From Anthoceros angustus (taxonomy: Eukaryota; Plantae; Anthocerotophyta), in assembly GCA_010909165.1 (NCBI GenBank), contig MU008155.1, positions 372,001 to 436,000 on the forward strand: a stretch of DNA of 64,000 nucleotides, written 5' to 3'. The position numbers were made by a program, and so were the translations under genes. The notes beneath the pieces are model-generated. The model made no database searches and had not been told where the DNA came from. It saw nothing but the letters and a program-made list of their open reading frames with translations. Below are positions 10,039-21,712 of this stretch, piece by piece. Within the stretch, counting starts at the first letter, position 1, and each line of letters starts with the position of its first letter.

Positions 10039-11807
10039 TTACGCCCGTTTAGCCCCCGTCCACTTCGATGAACCACCGCCACTGGAAGGCAATGCAGGTC
10101 TTGCCCTGCTCGACCCTGCACCACAAAACAAGGTAAGGGCAAGCTATAGCTACGTTTGAAAGTCTGCCTAGTAAAGTCTTCCTAGTAGCAAGATGCAGTT
10201 CCATCTCACCTGGTTGGCTATTAGGTAGAGGAGCTGTTCGAGTTCGTGCATTCCAGCCAGGAAGGGCTGCCTCTGCATGAGATTCCCATGCCTTATCAAA
10301 ATCTTGTACCTCAGCTGCAACAAGCACCCGAGTCAGACACAGCAGCCTAATCTACAACCTAAAACATCCAGTTACCAAAGGGGTACACATTAGCTTTACC
10401 CTCGGCAAGGTTGTGGAAAGTCTGGAACTGATCCTCCCGTCCATCAGCATTTCTCTTCCGAGTGACAGTACGACCCTGGCCATTGTGACAATAGTTACCT
10501 CAAAGCTGTTTGTCTCCAAGGAGAAAGGGGGCCATGACTTTCATTCCCGACAATTCCATTGCTTGTACCTTCTCTCGAAGCCCACGTGAGTGGCGATGCT
10601 CTTCCCTGCCAGTTGAGTCCTTCTCCTCCAACTCTTCCTCTACAACCTGGCACACATGTAACCACAAGTTTAACCTCCTCAGCACAATAGACCCTTTCCA
10701 GCCACAGGGACAACTCAGGGCCTCTTGATAAGGTAACAGACGTACCCCGTTAGACGCTGCCCTACGTCTCATAGATGATGAATAATAAGGTCCCTCAGTG
10801 CCACCATACGTTACTGAAGCGGCTTGATAGGTGTAGCTACGAGCGTTCCCATCGTTGTCGCCGCCAAAGCCAGTTGCAAACCGTGGCGTGATGCTCCTGG
10901 ATTGAGACTGAGAGTGACTCACATGCCTGTCCCCTGAGCAGCAGCCACAACCTCCATCAGGCATGACCATGCCAAAATATGAAAAGTGATCTCTACGCTT
11001 GCACCATTCCATATGAAAGGTAGCCTAGATGACAACCTCCTCTGACGTCATCGTCTGGGTGTTCAATAATGGGCTCATCGTTCGAACGTGCATGTGGAAT
11101 CTCATCGAGGTCGCCAGTTACTTCTTCTATCAAGGGACCCCTGCGAGCTTCCTACATCGTTTGACACACAAGCAATTATCAGCTTCTCAGCCCCTGCTAG
11201 CAGAAGGCTAGTGCAATCTACTCCGTGCTCCACAATCCAAACAGGAAGCAAAGACTCATCAAATACCAAGGCTGACCCCACGACTTCCCAACCCAATCGA
11301 GTCCTCGGGGAAAGCAAATTGTGCAAACCCTACCCCACTAACGATGCGGCAGGGTAAGACAATGGCGGCAGCAACGTTGCCCACTCCAGTTGAGCTGACT
11401 GCAACCCCAAAAGCGAGCCTAATTCTGCTCTACCCCGATGCCAACATGCGCAGGCCTGGTGGATAGCTTACCGGCTGCTGATTGTACGACCTCTGCTCCA
11501 GAAAACCGCCACGCGGGTCATGCTGGCCCGGGAATCCTCCTCCGAACATGAAGGGTAAGCGCGGGGCCTCCAAAAATGATCCAGCACCAAAGGGACTTCT
11601 AGAGTTGCCGAACATGCCTCCTAACGGCTGAGTGAAGAAAGGATCATTGAAGAAGGGATCGTTCCCAAAGAAATCCTGCAACAAACTGCGGCCACCAAAG
11701 CCCGCGAATGGGTCTGGGAAGCCGCGCGGCCCCATGGGTCGGCCCTGCTGTTGCTGCTGCTGCTGTTGCCGCCGCCCGTTGGCGCCCCGGCCCGGAGGAT
11801 TCTGCAT
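10039..11807 (-). CDS. Myeloid leukemia factor (MLF)-family glycine-rich protein (multi-exon)
   Basis: FFGNDPFFNDPFFTQP, YTYQAASVTYGGTEGPYYSSSMRRR, EEKDSTGREEHRHSRGLREK, FDKAWESHAEAALPGW; poly-Q (CAG) tract near the N-terminus. Confidence 0.8.
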
Positions 11808-12035
11808 GCTCACAGAAATTGTGCTTCCCCAATTTCGAGAATAAATCCAATTGACCTGCCAATTCGGGACCCAGAGAGAAGAAGGGGGAAGGCGAGGGAT
11901 GTGCGCTGATGTCGTTTCTGTATCGTCCGGAAAAAGAACCTGACGATTGCGGATTCACGTCAGGCAGCCAGCGAGGAGGGATATGGACGAAGCGGAGAGG
12001 AGGAGAACTTGGATTTGCACCCTGCCGGTCCTGTC

Positions 12036-12050
12036 AGAACGTTCTGGAGT
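12036..12050. promoter_or_regulatory. Putative heat-shock element upstream of the MLF gene
   Basis: aGAAc-gTTCt-gGAGt alternating pentamers. Confidence 0.45.
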
Positions 12051-12582
12051 CACTCACCGCCTCCTTTATTTACCACGACTCCGGTCAGCTTAACTCTGGT
12101 TAAGTCAAGCGCTGTCACGCAACCACAACCCTAGCTCCGGTCCGGTTAAGACTTTACGAGACTTCGTAAGCCCGCTTGTGGCAAAATCCCCTCAAGGGCA
12201 CGAGAGCGGTAATGGAAAGTGCCTTGGAGGGATTCGATAGAGGCGGGAAGATTGTCGAGAAAGAAAGCAAGCTACGACAAATCTGAGTGCGCAGGCAGCG
12301 GAGATTGTTCACCTCTGCAAGAAACCAGCAGACTTTGGTCCCATCTACAAGAAAACGTGGACAGGTGCAAACATGTTACAGGGGACGGATGTGCCTGTGC
12401 AGAGCACGGCGCCATGGGAGCAAAGCAGCTTCCCGGTAGAACAACAAGTTCAGTTCAGACGGAATGGAATAGAATGGAATGCAAGCTATAGCTAGGCGCA
12501 CACGGCAACGCCATCCGAGTACATGCATTCGTCATCCAGCAGGTTGCGCCATACAAAGCACGGAGATTGAGACTCGCTGTGG

Positions 12583-12798
12583 TCAGGATGCAGCAGCTGC
12601 AGGCGCGGGACAGGTTTCTTTGGGATGCTTGGACGCGTAGTGATCCACCAGTTGGTTGTAATTGGCCAGTTGGCTCTTGCAGATGGCGCAGCTGGTCTTG
12701 AGAGCCGCGGCTCGGGCCTCCAGCTGCGAGCCCTTGGATTTCTGGTTCTTCTCAGCATTCCGCTTCTGCGCCTCGATCTTCTGCTTTCCCCTCGTCAT
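12583..12798 (-). CDS. Small SERF/ZNF706 (4F5)-like zinc-finger protein
   Basis: MTRGKQKIEAQKRNAEK...CAICKSQLANYNQLVDHYASKHPK; ATG preceded by a probable 5'UTR intron acceptor. Confidence 0.88.
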   Translation of the reverse strand: MTRGKQKIEAQKRNAEKNQKSKGSQLEARAAALKTSCAICKSQLANYNQLVDHYASKHPKETCPAPAAAAS

Positions 12799-13573
12799 CC
12801 CTGCACTAAAAGCTGCAATGGTCAGCCCGAGTCGACGCTGGTTTTTCTCCGCCTCCTCCGCCTCCACCGCGCTCCTGTCGTGGAATAACCGGCGTGGTGG
12901 CTGCCGCCGAGGACACCAGCCTGAGCAAATGGTTTACCGAAGCCTTGGGGAAATTATTCCCTAGCTAAGGAGAGAGAAAGAAGAGAGAGAGTGCAAGGGC
13001 AGCGGGAATGGCCCATACAAGTGGTACCTTTTTTGATAGGGAAACGGCAGGGAAAGAAGGCGCAGCCAAGATTGAAACACAGAAGCCGAATTTCTTTCTA
13101 CATCGATGATCTGAATTCGGTATAGGCGATTGCGGGAGGAAGCAGGACGATGTAGACGATGCAGGAGGGAGCGATGGCGGATGCGGGTGGACATAGGATG
13201 TCTTTAATAATATTTTATTTTGTTATTTATTTTCAATATAGATATATATGAGTCTTTTCTCTATCATTTATCTTTACTTCCCATCTTTATAGTTTTTCTT
13301 TTTATTCATAATTTTTATTTATAATTTTCTGTATATATTTTTATTTTATCTCTACTAAATTTTTTAATCTTTGAACCCTTTTTTTATTTCTTTTGTGGAG
13401 GCCCTTCTTCAAGGTCCATCAACACACTCCTTATCCCGTTTGTGAAAAGTTATCTAAACCTAAGGGGTGAGGCACCACATGATAAGGTTCAGAGGGACTT
13501 GGATCGGACTATTTTCGAAGGCTCTAGTAATGCTTTCAACTTCCACCACTCCTGTTTGCTCGACTTCGCGTCT

Positions 13574-13892
13574 GGCTACTCCCTTTAGACCTCTGCTAGA
13601 TGCCACCGCATGAGGCTACTCTCTCCGGGCCTCTGCTGGGTGCCACCACATGAGGCTACTCCCTTTGGGCCTCTGCACGATGCCACTGCATGAGGCTACT
13701 CCCTCTGGGCCTCTGTTAAACGCCACCACATCAGGCTACTCCCTCCGGGCCTTTGCTGCACTACTGCCACCCCCCTCAGGCTACTCCCTTTGAACCTCTT
13801 CTGGACTACTACCACAGCATCACGCTACTCCCTTCAGCCCTCTACTGGACTATTGCCACTTTGTCAAGCTACTCCCTATCCTCTGCTGGACT
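13574..13892. repeat. Minisatellite, about 8 copies of ~41 bp (ggctactccct..gggcctctgct...tgccacc..atga)
   Basis: Direct tandem repeats visible. Confidence 0.85.
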
Positions 13893-14259
13893 CTTGGCAA
13901 TAGTTGTCGGTGCAATCTAATCACCTTCTGGCTTTGTACGAGGCACGTCCCCCGGGACCCGCCTTTTTTCCTTCCCCAAAATGCTGACCCGCCTTTTTTT
14001 CGTCTCTCTAAATGCTTTCATGACAACATCCGTCTTGCTTATCGACTTCTCTTAGGCGTGGAAAGCGATTTTTCGTTCTCGTTAATGGTCCCTCTAAATA
14101 CCTTCATGACGATGTCGGCGCTTTCATGACAACGTCAGCGCTTTCATGACTACGTCCGCCTTGCTTATTGACTTCTCTTGGGCACCAGAAGGGCTTCACG
14201 CCGAATACATTTTCAGTGCTTGCAAAGTGGGGATGACTTCGGATGCAGCATCTTCAGCC

Positions 14260-14533
14260 CAGTAGGCCCTTTCTTATTCCCAACTATAACATCTTGGGGA
14301 CAATTTCGGATGCAACATGTTCAGCCAAGTAGGTCCTTTCTTATTCCCAACTATGACATCTTGGGAACCCTATGTATCTGCCAAGTAGAAAAAGAAGAAG
14401 AAGAATTTTATTCAAGTCCACTAAGGACGGGTTTCCCAAGTAGGCCCTTCCTTATTCCTACCTATAACATCTTGGGAGCCCTACGTAGAGATTTATAAGA
14501 AGAAGAAGAATTTTATTGAAGTCCACAAAGGAT
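14260..14533. repeat. Three ttattccca.ctataacatcttggg repeats interleaved with two 5'-truncated (CTT)n-tailed retroposon ends (14387-14437 and 14497-14533, minus strand)
   Basis: gaagaagaattttatt[c/g]aagtccac.aagga matches the element at 2222-2270. Confidence 0.65.
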
Positions 14534-14802
14534 AATATCGGGGACTAGTTCCCTTAGAGCTGGGCCCTTTAGAGAGGGTAGACGATCCGGGGGGCTAGTC
14601 CCTTAGGCCCGGGCCCTTACGAGGCTGTTCCCCACCTCGGTGTAATGGGAATTCCATCTCTTCAAAATTATGAAGTCTAATTTCTCATATATGTAAATGA
14701 CACCCATCTTCATATATGAAGATGCGTGCATGAGGAAGCTTTACCTTCCAAGTTTTAAAGAGCCTTTCCCGTCTGGAAGGCCGCACAGGTTGGTGGGCGA
14801 CC

Positions 14803-16059
14803 ATGGGGTGCTGGAGAGGATGGTTGTTGCTGCTATTGTTCATGTGCTGGTGTGCCACAATTTCCTCTCACGGAGATCACCACCATTGCAGCCATGAGCA
14901 TCACCATGAGCATCACCACGACGCAGCGGAGCAACAGAGTCCTGCTCAACACGGAGCTCACCATGTCTCTCAGCACTCTTCTGAGCAATTCAGGAAGCTT
15001 CCCGAGGAGCTGGCCGAGGAAGAAGAGCTAGCAGGGCATGGCTTCCTTGCTGGTGAAGCGGGACACCCCCAGGCCCGGGCCCAGCCCGAGGCTGCAGCTG
15101 TGTGGCTCACTGCATTGGGCTGCGCTCTCCTGGTGAGCACAGCGTCCCTCATCTGCCTCCTGCTGCTGCCCTTCATTCTCAAGGACGGGAAGCCCTCGGC
15201 CGCAGTGGTTGATGCCCTTGCCGGATTCGGGGCAGGGGCCATGTTGGGTGACGCACTGCTCCATCAGCTGCCCCATGCCTTCTCCAGCTCAGGCCACTCT
15301 CATGATCACGATCACGGCCACGACCACGACCATCATGACCATGGTGGCCACGGGCATTCCATTCAGGACCTCTCCATCGGCCTCTGGGTTCTTGCTGGCA
15401 TCCTGGTCTTCTTCATCGTGGAGAAGCTGGTTAGGTATGTGGAGGAGGCATCTGCTCAGGCAGGGATTTCGTCCAGCCACAGCCATCACCACCACCATCG
15501 CCATGGATCCAGCGCTGGAGATGCAAACGCAGATGGCCCCGATGCGCAGCAGGTGAAGAAGGGAAAGAAGGTCCAGACCCAGGGCAAGGCAGACTCCAAG
15601 GATGCACCTGGCTGGGTGTTGGCATACCTAAACCTCTTCTCAGACGGAGTGCACAACTTCACAGACGGAATGGCACTGGGATCCGCGTTTCTGTTACACG
15701 GCGGAGTCGGAGGCTGGTCCCGCACACTCTTCCTCCTTGCGCACGAGCTTCCTCAAGAAGTGGGAGATTTCGGCATCCTGGTGAGGTCGGGATTGAGCGT
15801 GTCCAAGGCCCTGGCTCTCAACTTCCTTTCTGCTCTGGCAGCCGTGGCGGGAACTGCCCTGGCGCTGGTGCTGGGGGGCAACCCTGGGCATTCTTCCTTC
15901 GTGGAGGCCTTCACTGCCGGGGGATTCATATACATCTCTCTGGCTGGAGTCATTCCTGGGATGCACGACCAAGGCTCATCGCCTAAAACCAGTCTGCAGC
16001 AGCTGGCATCCTTGAGTCTAGGAATAGGAGTAGCCATAGCCATCTCACTAGCAGAGTAG
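14803..16059 (+). CDS. IAR1: ZIP/LIV-1 family zinc transporter, IAR1/SLC39A7-like, intronless
   Basis: Signal peptide, His-rich loops, GAMLGDALLHQLPHAF, LNLFSDGVHNFTDGMALG, HELPQEVGDFGILV. Confidence 0.93.
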   Translation: MGCWRGWLLLLLFMCWCATISSHGDHHHCSHEHHHEHHHDAAEQQSPAQHGAHHVSQHSSEQFRKLPEELAEEEELAGHGFLAGEAGHPQARAQPEAAAVWLTALGCALLVSTASLICLLLLPFILKDGKPSAAVVDALAGFGAGAMLGDALLHQLPHAFSSSGHSHDHDHGHDHDHHDHGGHGHSIQDLSIGLWVLAGILVFFIVEKLVRYVEEASAQAGISSSHSHHHHHRHGSSAGDANADGPDAQQVKKGKKVQTQGKADSKDAPGWVLAYLNLFSDGVHNFTDGMALGSAFLLHGGVGGWSRTLFLLAHELPQEVGDFGILVRSGLSVSKALALNFLSALAAVAGTALALVLGGNPGHSSFVEAFTAGGFIYISLAGVIPGMHDQGSSPKTSLQQLASLSLGIGVAIAISLAE

Positions 16060-16275
16060 CTTCCTTCCATGGCTCCTCAAAGACTGTGCATTCGTCTTCT
16101 GTATGAAGCATCTGCTGCTCTGCTTCACAGAGAGACTTATCAATTCGGCAGATCAAGCGCGGGTATGGAAAGAACAGGCGTTACGTTAGGGTATAAAGGG
16201 AGGTTTTAGGGGACAATTGAAGGCTATGTCCAGTGCGCAGCTTTTCATCTTTCCTTGTTGAGCCGGTGAGGCGAG

Positions 16276-18603
16276 ATGGGTCACTTCGGAGGATGGCTGC
16301 GGATCAGGCTGGCGTTTGCCGAGCCCCAGCAGATCCTGAGCTCGGAGCATTTGAATGAGGGTTTGGAGTATTCGTGGATGGTGGTGCCGGCATATGGCTC
16401 CACCGTGGGGCATGTTGCGGCCTACATTTGCGAGAGGCTCGGATTGCATGCTACCTGTCCCGAGGGCATCTCCTTGGACATGAATGGATTTGTGCTGCCC
16501 AGCCGAGAGCCAGCGGATATTCTCCGGGACGCGGACATCGTGAACGTGCGGCGGGCGGGACGTGTGCAGGCGGTTGCTCCCTCTCCTTGTCCGGCATTTG
16601 CCAGGCTGCGGGGCTGGACGAATCAGGAGGGTCAGGGGACCCCAGCCCTGCGTTTGCAGAACGAAGCTCATGCTCGCAGGGATGACGTCGTGGAGAAGGG
16701 AGAGGTAATTGGTGCTGCTTTGGCTCCTGCTCGGATTGAGGAGGATGGGAAATGTGATCGCATTCCTGTTCAGATTGAGGAGGGTGGTAACGGTGATGGC
16801 TTGGTGGAGGGGCAAGAGGACAGGGTCGGCAGGCGGAAACGAAGGAAGGGAAGGATGTACTCGGATGCTGATATTAGCCCTGTGAAAAAGAAGAGCAGGA
16901 GGCGCAAACAGCAGGAAGAAGGGATTCTGGAATTGCGTGAAGAGCTTCCAGTGGAGGAGGTCCCAGCGGAGAAGCCAGAATCCCTAAAGCTTGGATTAGG
17001 TAAGGAAGATGAAGGTGGTGGACATTTGGATGTTGTTCTGGCAGCAGTGGAAAGCGTCCCGGAGAAGCCGAGGAAGAAGAGCAAGAAGAAAAAGCCGGAG
17101 CCTGATATTGCGGCTGACCAGGAAGAGGAATTGCGTGAGGGGCCTGAAGTGAAGGAGATTCCACCCGGAAAGCCAGAATCCCTGAGGCTTGCATTAGGTA
17201 AGGAGGATGAAGGCGGTGGAAACTTGGAGGATGCTCCGGCAGCAGCGGAACGAGTGCAGGAGAAGCCGAGGAAGAAGAACAAGAAGAAGAAGCCGGAGCC
17301 TGACGACGTGGCTGACCAGGAAGGGGAAATTCTGCACAATGTCGGAGTGGGAGTGGATGAACGGGAAACGGAACTCGCCTATGCTAATGGCGATGCCGGG
17401 AACAAGGGGGCTGGAAAGGTTAAACCTAAGGTGGATGGCGTAGGAAACGTGTCAAGCCCGAGCAGAAGTGCCCGCAGGAAGAAGGCCAAGAGGCTCTGGT
17501 TACGAAAGCAGTCAGCCGCTCTTCAGCAAGAAATTTGTGATGTGAACGAGAAGGGAACAGTTGCTGCTGTGTCCACGGGTATGGTCGACAACCAGCGATC
17601 TGATGGCGGAACAGCAATGACAGATGGTGAAGAGAAAGGGGCAGAGCATGCCGCAAAGGACAAGGATTCCCAAGCTGTTTCTCCCAAGAGTCTGCCTGTC
17701 GTGGTTAGACCTGGCCACATTAGGTTTGAGCCTCTAGACGACCAAGATTGTGTGGATCGGCGCCCTTTGCCAGAATTCAGACTTGGCTTAGCCGTGAAGA
17801 GTAAGAAGCAAGGGCAGGTGTGGGGGCAGGAGAAGGCTGGGGGCCGCAAGCATGAGAAGAGGAACTCTTCTCACAGAAGCTCAAGAAGCAGCCTTGACGA
17901 GGCTGATACTGCCGCTGTTACCCCTCTGGAATCCCATCCCCCTGCGGAATCCCATCCCCCTGCGGAATCCCATTCCCCTGTGGAATCTCACCCTCCTGTT
18001 GAATCCCATGCCCTTCTGGAATCCCTTCCCCATCTGGTTGACAAGGTTGAGGAAGGGGATGTGGTGGCGTATCGCATTGTGGAGCTGTCGGCGTCACGGA
18101 CTCCTGTGCTTTCTCCTTTTAGGGTGGGCAAGGTTGTGTCTTATGATAAGACATCGAAGACCATCCTTCTGGAGCAGGTGGGTGAGTATCCCCTCCTGGA
18201 TACGTTCGCGGACACCCTGCTCCCGGACTATCTCGACGAGGACACCGGGTCTGAGGTCGTTCAGTTCCCCGCGCCTTACAGCACAGATGGGTTACTGCAC
18301 ATCGACTTCTCTGAGCTGTTGGAGGTTCGTATGGTTGAGAAAGCTCGTTCAAACATTTCCAGACATCCCGACCGCGAAGTGAAGACACCAGCAATGGAGG
18401 TGCAGGCGAAGGAGGCGGACGTTGCAAGTCAGGAGAGGCAGTTGTCGGAACTTGGAGTTGGCGCGACAACCGGAGTGGCACACAATGGGTGCAATGGAAG
18501 CAAGGGAGGTAGAGGACGACGTCACGGCAGATATGTGGGTGCGGGCCACACGTTGGCATTGTTGAAGGCTCGAGGTGTGTGGGCGCTGTCTGTGTCCGAG
18601 TGA
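16276..18603 (+). CDS. COIL: Coilin (Cajal body scaffold), intronless
   Basis: Coilin_N-like RIRLAF...GLEYSW...SLDMNGFVLP..DADIVNV; SRSARRKKAKRLW; PVVVRPGHIRFEPLD; Tudor-like GDVVAYRIVELS..PVLSPFRVGKV. Confidence 0.88.
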   Translation: MGHFGGWLRIRLAFAEPQQILSSEHLNEGLEYSWMVVPAYGSTVGHVAAYICERLGLHATCPEGISLDMNGFVLPSREPADILRDADIVNVRRAGRVQAVAPSPCPAFARLRGWTNQEGQGTPALRLQNEAHARRDDVVEKGEVIGAALAPARIEEDGKCDRIPVQIEEGGNGDGLVEGQEDRVGRRKRRKGRMYSDADISPVKKKSRRRKQQEEGILELREELPVEEVPAEKPESLKLGLGKEDEGGGHLDVVLAAVESVPEKPRKKSKKKKPEPDIAADQEEELREGPEVKEIPPGKPESLRLALGKEDEGGGNLEDAPAAAERVQEKPRKKNKKKKPEPDDVADQEGEILHNVGVGVDERETELAYANGDAGNKGAGKVKPKVDGVGNVSSPSRSARRKKAKRLWLRKQSAALQQEICDVNEKGTVAAVSTGMVDNQRSDGGTAMTDGEEKGAEHAAKDKDSQAVSPKSLPVVVRPGHIRFEPLDDQDCVDRRPLPEFRLGLAVKSKKQGQVWGQEKAGGRKHEKRNSSHRSSRSSLDEADTAAVTPLESHPPAESHPPAESHSPVESHPPVESHALLESLPHLVDKVEEGDVVAYRIVELSASRTPVLSPFRVGKVVSYDKTSKTILLEQVGEYPLLDTFADTLLPDYLDEDTGSEVVQFPAPYSTDGLLHIDFSELLEVRMVEKARSNISRHPDREVKTPAMEVQAKEADVASQERQLSELGVGATTGVAHNGCNGSKGGRGRRHGRYVGAGHTLALLKARGVWALSVSE

Positions 18604-18811
18604 CTGTCATATTTCTCTTCCACTGAATGATGGGACGTGAATTGTCTTGCCACCGGCTCCAAAACCGTAGGATCTTAAGCAAACCACATTTGAACTTGCC
18701 TGCGATCCAAAATTTTGTTCTGTACCTAGTACAATCTACTCCTGATTGGGAGAACCTTATGAAGACGTAGTTCCGAGAAGCTTCACTTTACAATTGTACA
18801 CCACCTCACTA

Positions 18812-20513
18812 TCACTGCCCTGGCGCTGGTCCCAGCAGCAATGGAGGTTTCTGGGCAGAGTCGGTTGAGGCTGCTGCAGCTCTAAGAGGAGGCTCGAATC
18901 TTCTGCTAGCAACGTCCGGAGGCGGGACTTCATCTTCGGGAAGCACCAACAAGCCCTCCTCTCTCAAGGGAGATGGATCGTGAAAGAAGATCTGCCACAA
19001 TGCATCCAGCAGATACCTTTCCTCCCTCACGCTCACCAAATCGCTGGAAGAGAGATGCTTCAGCCGCTCTATGCTCCGAGCCACCAGGTTCTTGAGTTGC
19101 TCTCTATCATTTCCAGGCAGCCTGGCAGCTGCAGATTCACGCCGAAGGATCTCCAACAAAACATGGAGAGCAGTTTGCCTCACATCAGCATCTGCGTTCT
19201 CCCCCAGCCTAACCAGTATCCTAGGAAAACCCTCCTCTACAGCCACAGAGCAGTCGTCAGGGTTATCTTGCAAGAGGTAGAGCAACACCTGCAACGCCTT
19301 CCTGCACAGTGATCACTCGGAAATCAGCAAGTGACACAAAACAGCTAGACCGCAACCAGGTAAGCAACGTGAATGTCAAGGTCCCACACGTTAGCGAACC
19401 TGCAAAAGCTTCGTACCTCTGCAACCTCGGATCGTCTGATACTAGGGCATCCTTTAACCTAGAAAAGCCATTGGAGAGCCGGAAAGCAGCTGTGGCTCCC
19501 TTGTTATGTCGAATAAGAGCTGCACGAATTCCAAGATACTACACATCAGTTCTAGTGTGATGTAGCCCAAGTCTTCTACCTCACCATTCCATCAAAGACA
19601 TCATAGCTTCAACCACCTGCTATTTGTCAGCATAAAGAGCAGCAAGGAAACCCATGGACTTCGTAGCCAAACATACAGGAGATAGCACCCAAGGCTTTCG
19701 CGCGGACTACTAGATCCGAGTCTGGAGTAACGTTTGCAAGCAGATACTCCAGCCCATGATTCTCCAGCACCTGCTGCTGACTCTTGGGATTGTTCTGCAC
19801 AATTGTGCTAACAACTTCAGCACTCCGCGCACGCAGAGACGGATGTGGACTTCTCTGGAAGTCCAGAAGAGGCACCAGCCCGCCTATAGCATGTAGATCT
19901 GCAAAGATGCCCAGTGACTCACTCCGTCAGCACAAAGAGCTGCAAACACTCGACCCAACGTCCTACCACAAGAAAACCAAGAAGATGCAGAATCCAAGAA
20001 AGACTGGCCATACATACCATTAGCCATGTCAATCGACTCCACATGCTCCTGCAGCTCTTCCAGCATCCCTGCAACCACCCACATACACACATCAGCATCT
20101 TCTCACGAGCTCAAACAAACCAAGCATGGACCAGATGATGCACCGTGGCAGCTGAGACTCGGTCACCATACCTTCCAGCTCCTCCACAGTCACACCCTGG
20201 GCTTCCAGGACTTGGGGAGGAACCTGCATGACCGTTGATATTTCCTTCATCCGCTTGATCACATCAATTGTCTGCGACTGCACTGCCTCCATGAACCATC
20301 TTCTGTCCTCCTCACTGAAACCACCCAGCTGCAGGGTTGAGTCATGCCCAAGATGAAGGGGCCAGAGCTGGCATGGAGTATGGCATACCTGAGCTCCCGG
20401 GCGGGCCTCGTGCCATCGGTGTGGGCGATACTCCACTTCAGCAGACCTTTCCAGTCAGGCCCTTCTGTGCCCGACTGCATCCCTGCAATACCAGCCGACC
20501 CAGAATCCGCCAT
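18812..20513 (-). CDS. FES1: Hsp70 nucleotide-exchange factor Fes1/HspBP1 (multi-exon)
   Basis: GPDWKGLLKWSIAHTDGTRP, SEEDRRWFMEAVQSQTIDVIKRMKEI, ESIDMAN, AEVVSTIVQNNPKSQQ, PPPDVASRRFEPPLRA. Confidence 0.92.
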
Positions 20514-20585
20514 TTCCAATTCCCGATTTCTTGAGGACTGCAATACTTATGCAGACCGCAGGCCTGCATAGCACCGCATGTACAA

Positions 20586-20610
20586 GTTCCAGCACGTTCC
20601 AGACCTTTCC
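20586..20610. promoter_or_regulatory. Putative five-pentamer heat-shock element upstream of Fes1
   Basis: gTTCc-aGCAc-gTTCc-aGACc-tTTCc, about 75-100 bp upstream of the ATG. Confidence 0.55.
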
Positions 20611-21712
20611 CGCCTGGCCTCGGGAAACCTCCCACAGCCAGCAGACCCCGAACCTACCGTGGACCCGTCCGGTACCAAACCTACGTATTTGTAGTACCCA
20701 CCTAGTTTTTTGTTTCCCAATCAGGAACTCTATTACCCAGGTGAATCATCCTAGCGAAGTTCAATTTCTTATGACAATTTTGTATATCGATTTTACTATA
20801 TAAATAATATAGTTATTAATTCATCTATATTTTAATAATTAATTAAATTCATCATACAAAGTGAGGTCTTAGAAATGAAAGTCCATCTCTATCTTCTTTT
20901 GACATAGTTATTCTTCTTCCTTATATAATTTAATGAGTCCAACCCACTTCTCCTCTCTATAAAACTAGTAGAAAGAAACTAGTAGAAACATCACAATATT
21001 CAAAATTTGGCTAATTTTTCACAAAGCACATTGACATTATACATACATAAAAAAAATTATTTTCATCTACAATGTATGCACAGCAAAGGAGTAATTTGAT
21101 GAGTCCATCCCATCTTTTTTTAGACAAAGATAATACTGAAGATAACTCAATGAGACATTAAAAAATAAGGTATAAAACTTACTTTTCTTGTTTCTTCTTT
21201 TTTCTTGTTTCTCCATCTCATTCGTTATCTTTTCCTTTCTCTTTCCCTTTCCTACCTAGATCTTGCTAATTATATTGGGGACCTTTTGAAAAGTCTCGTT
21301 CTTGGTTGTTTTCATAACCTGTCAATTGAGTACTTGAAGATTTGGGTGGGAGATTAATATTTGGAGAAACATGGTAGTAAAAGATCATGTGGAATACTTT
21401 GGGTTTGATATTGAGGTGAGTTTGAAGCAATTAGGAAGCTGGTCTTATTGCAAGGCTTTTTCTTGTTCATACTTTTGATTTACGACCCTTTGTGGAACTG
21501 TAAGGGAATATCATGTCATTCAACTCATCCCATTTTTTAGATAGTGTATATCCCTAGGATTGAAACTACCTTTTCATATTTCTAGCAAAAAAGAAAATAT
21601 ATTGTTACATGATTAGATTGTATCTTAGCGAAATCATTGTTTGTTTACTTGTCATGTATGACAAGTGTGGATAAGACTTGATGTCTTAAAAAATAGCTGT
21701 ACAACACATGTG

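Noticed and set aside
13574-13892. CRISPR-like regularly spaced repeats (also 5455-6010 and 36828-36970)
   Set aside because: Degenerate head-to-tail units without unique spacers, no cas genes, and a eukaryotic context.
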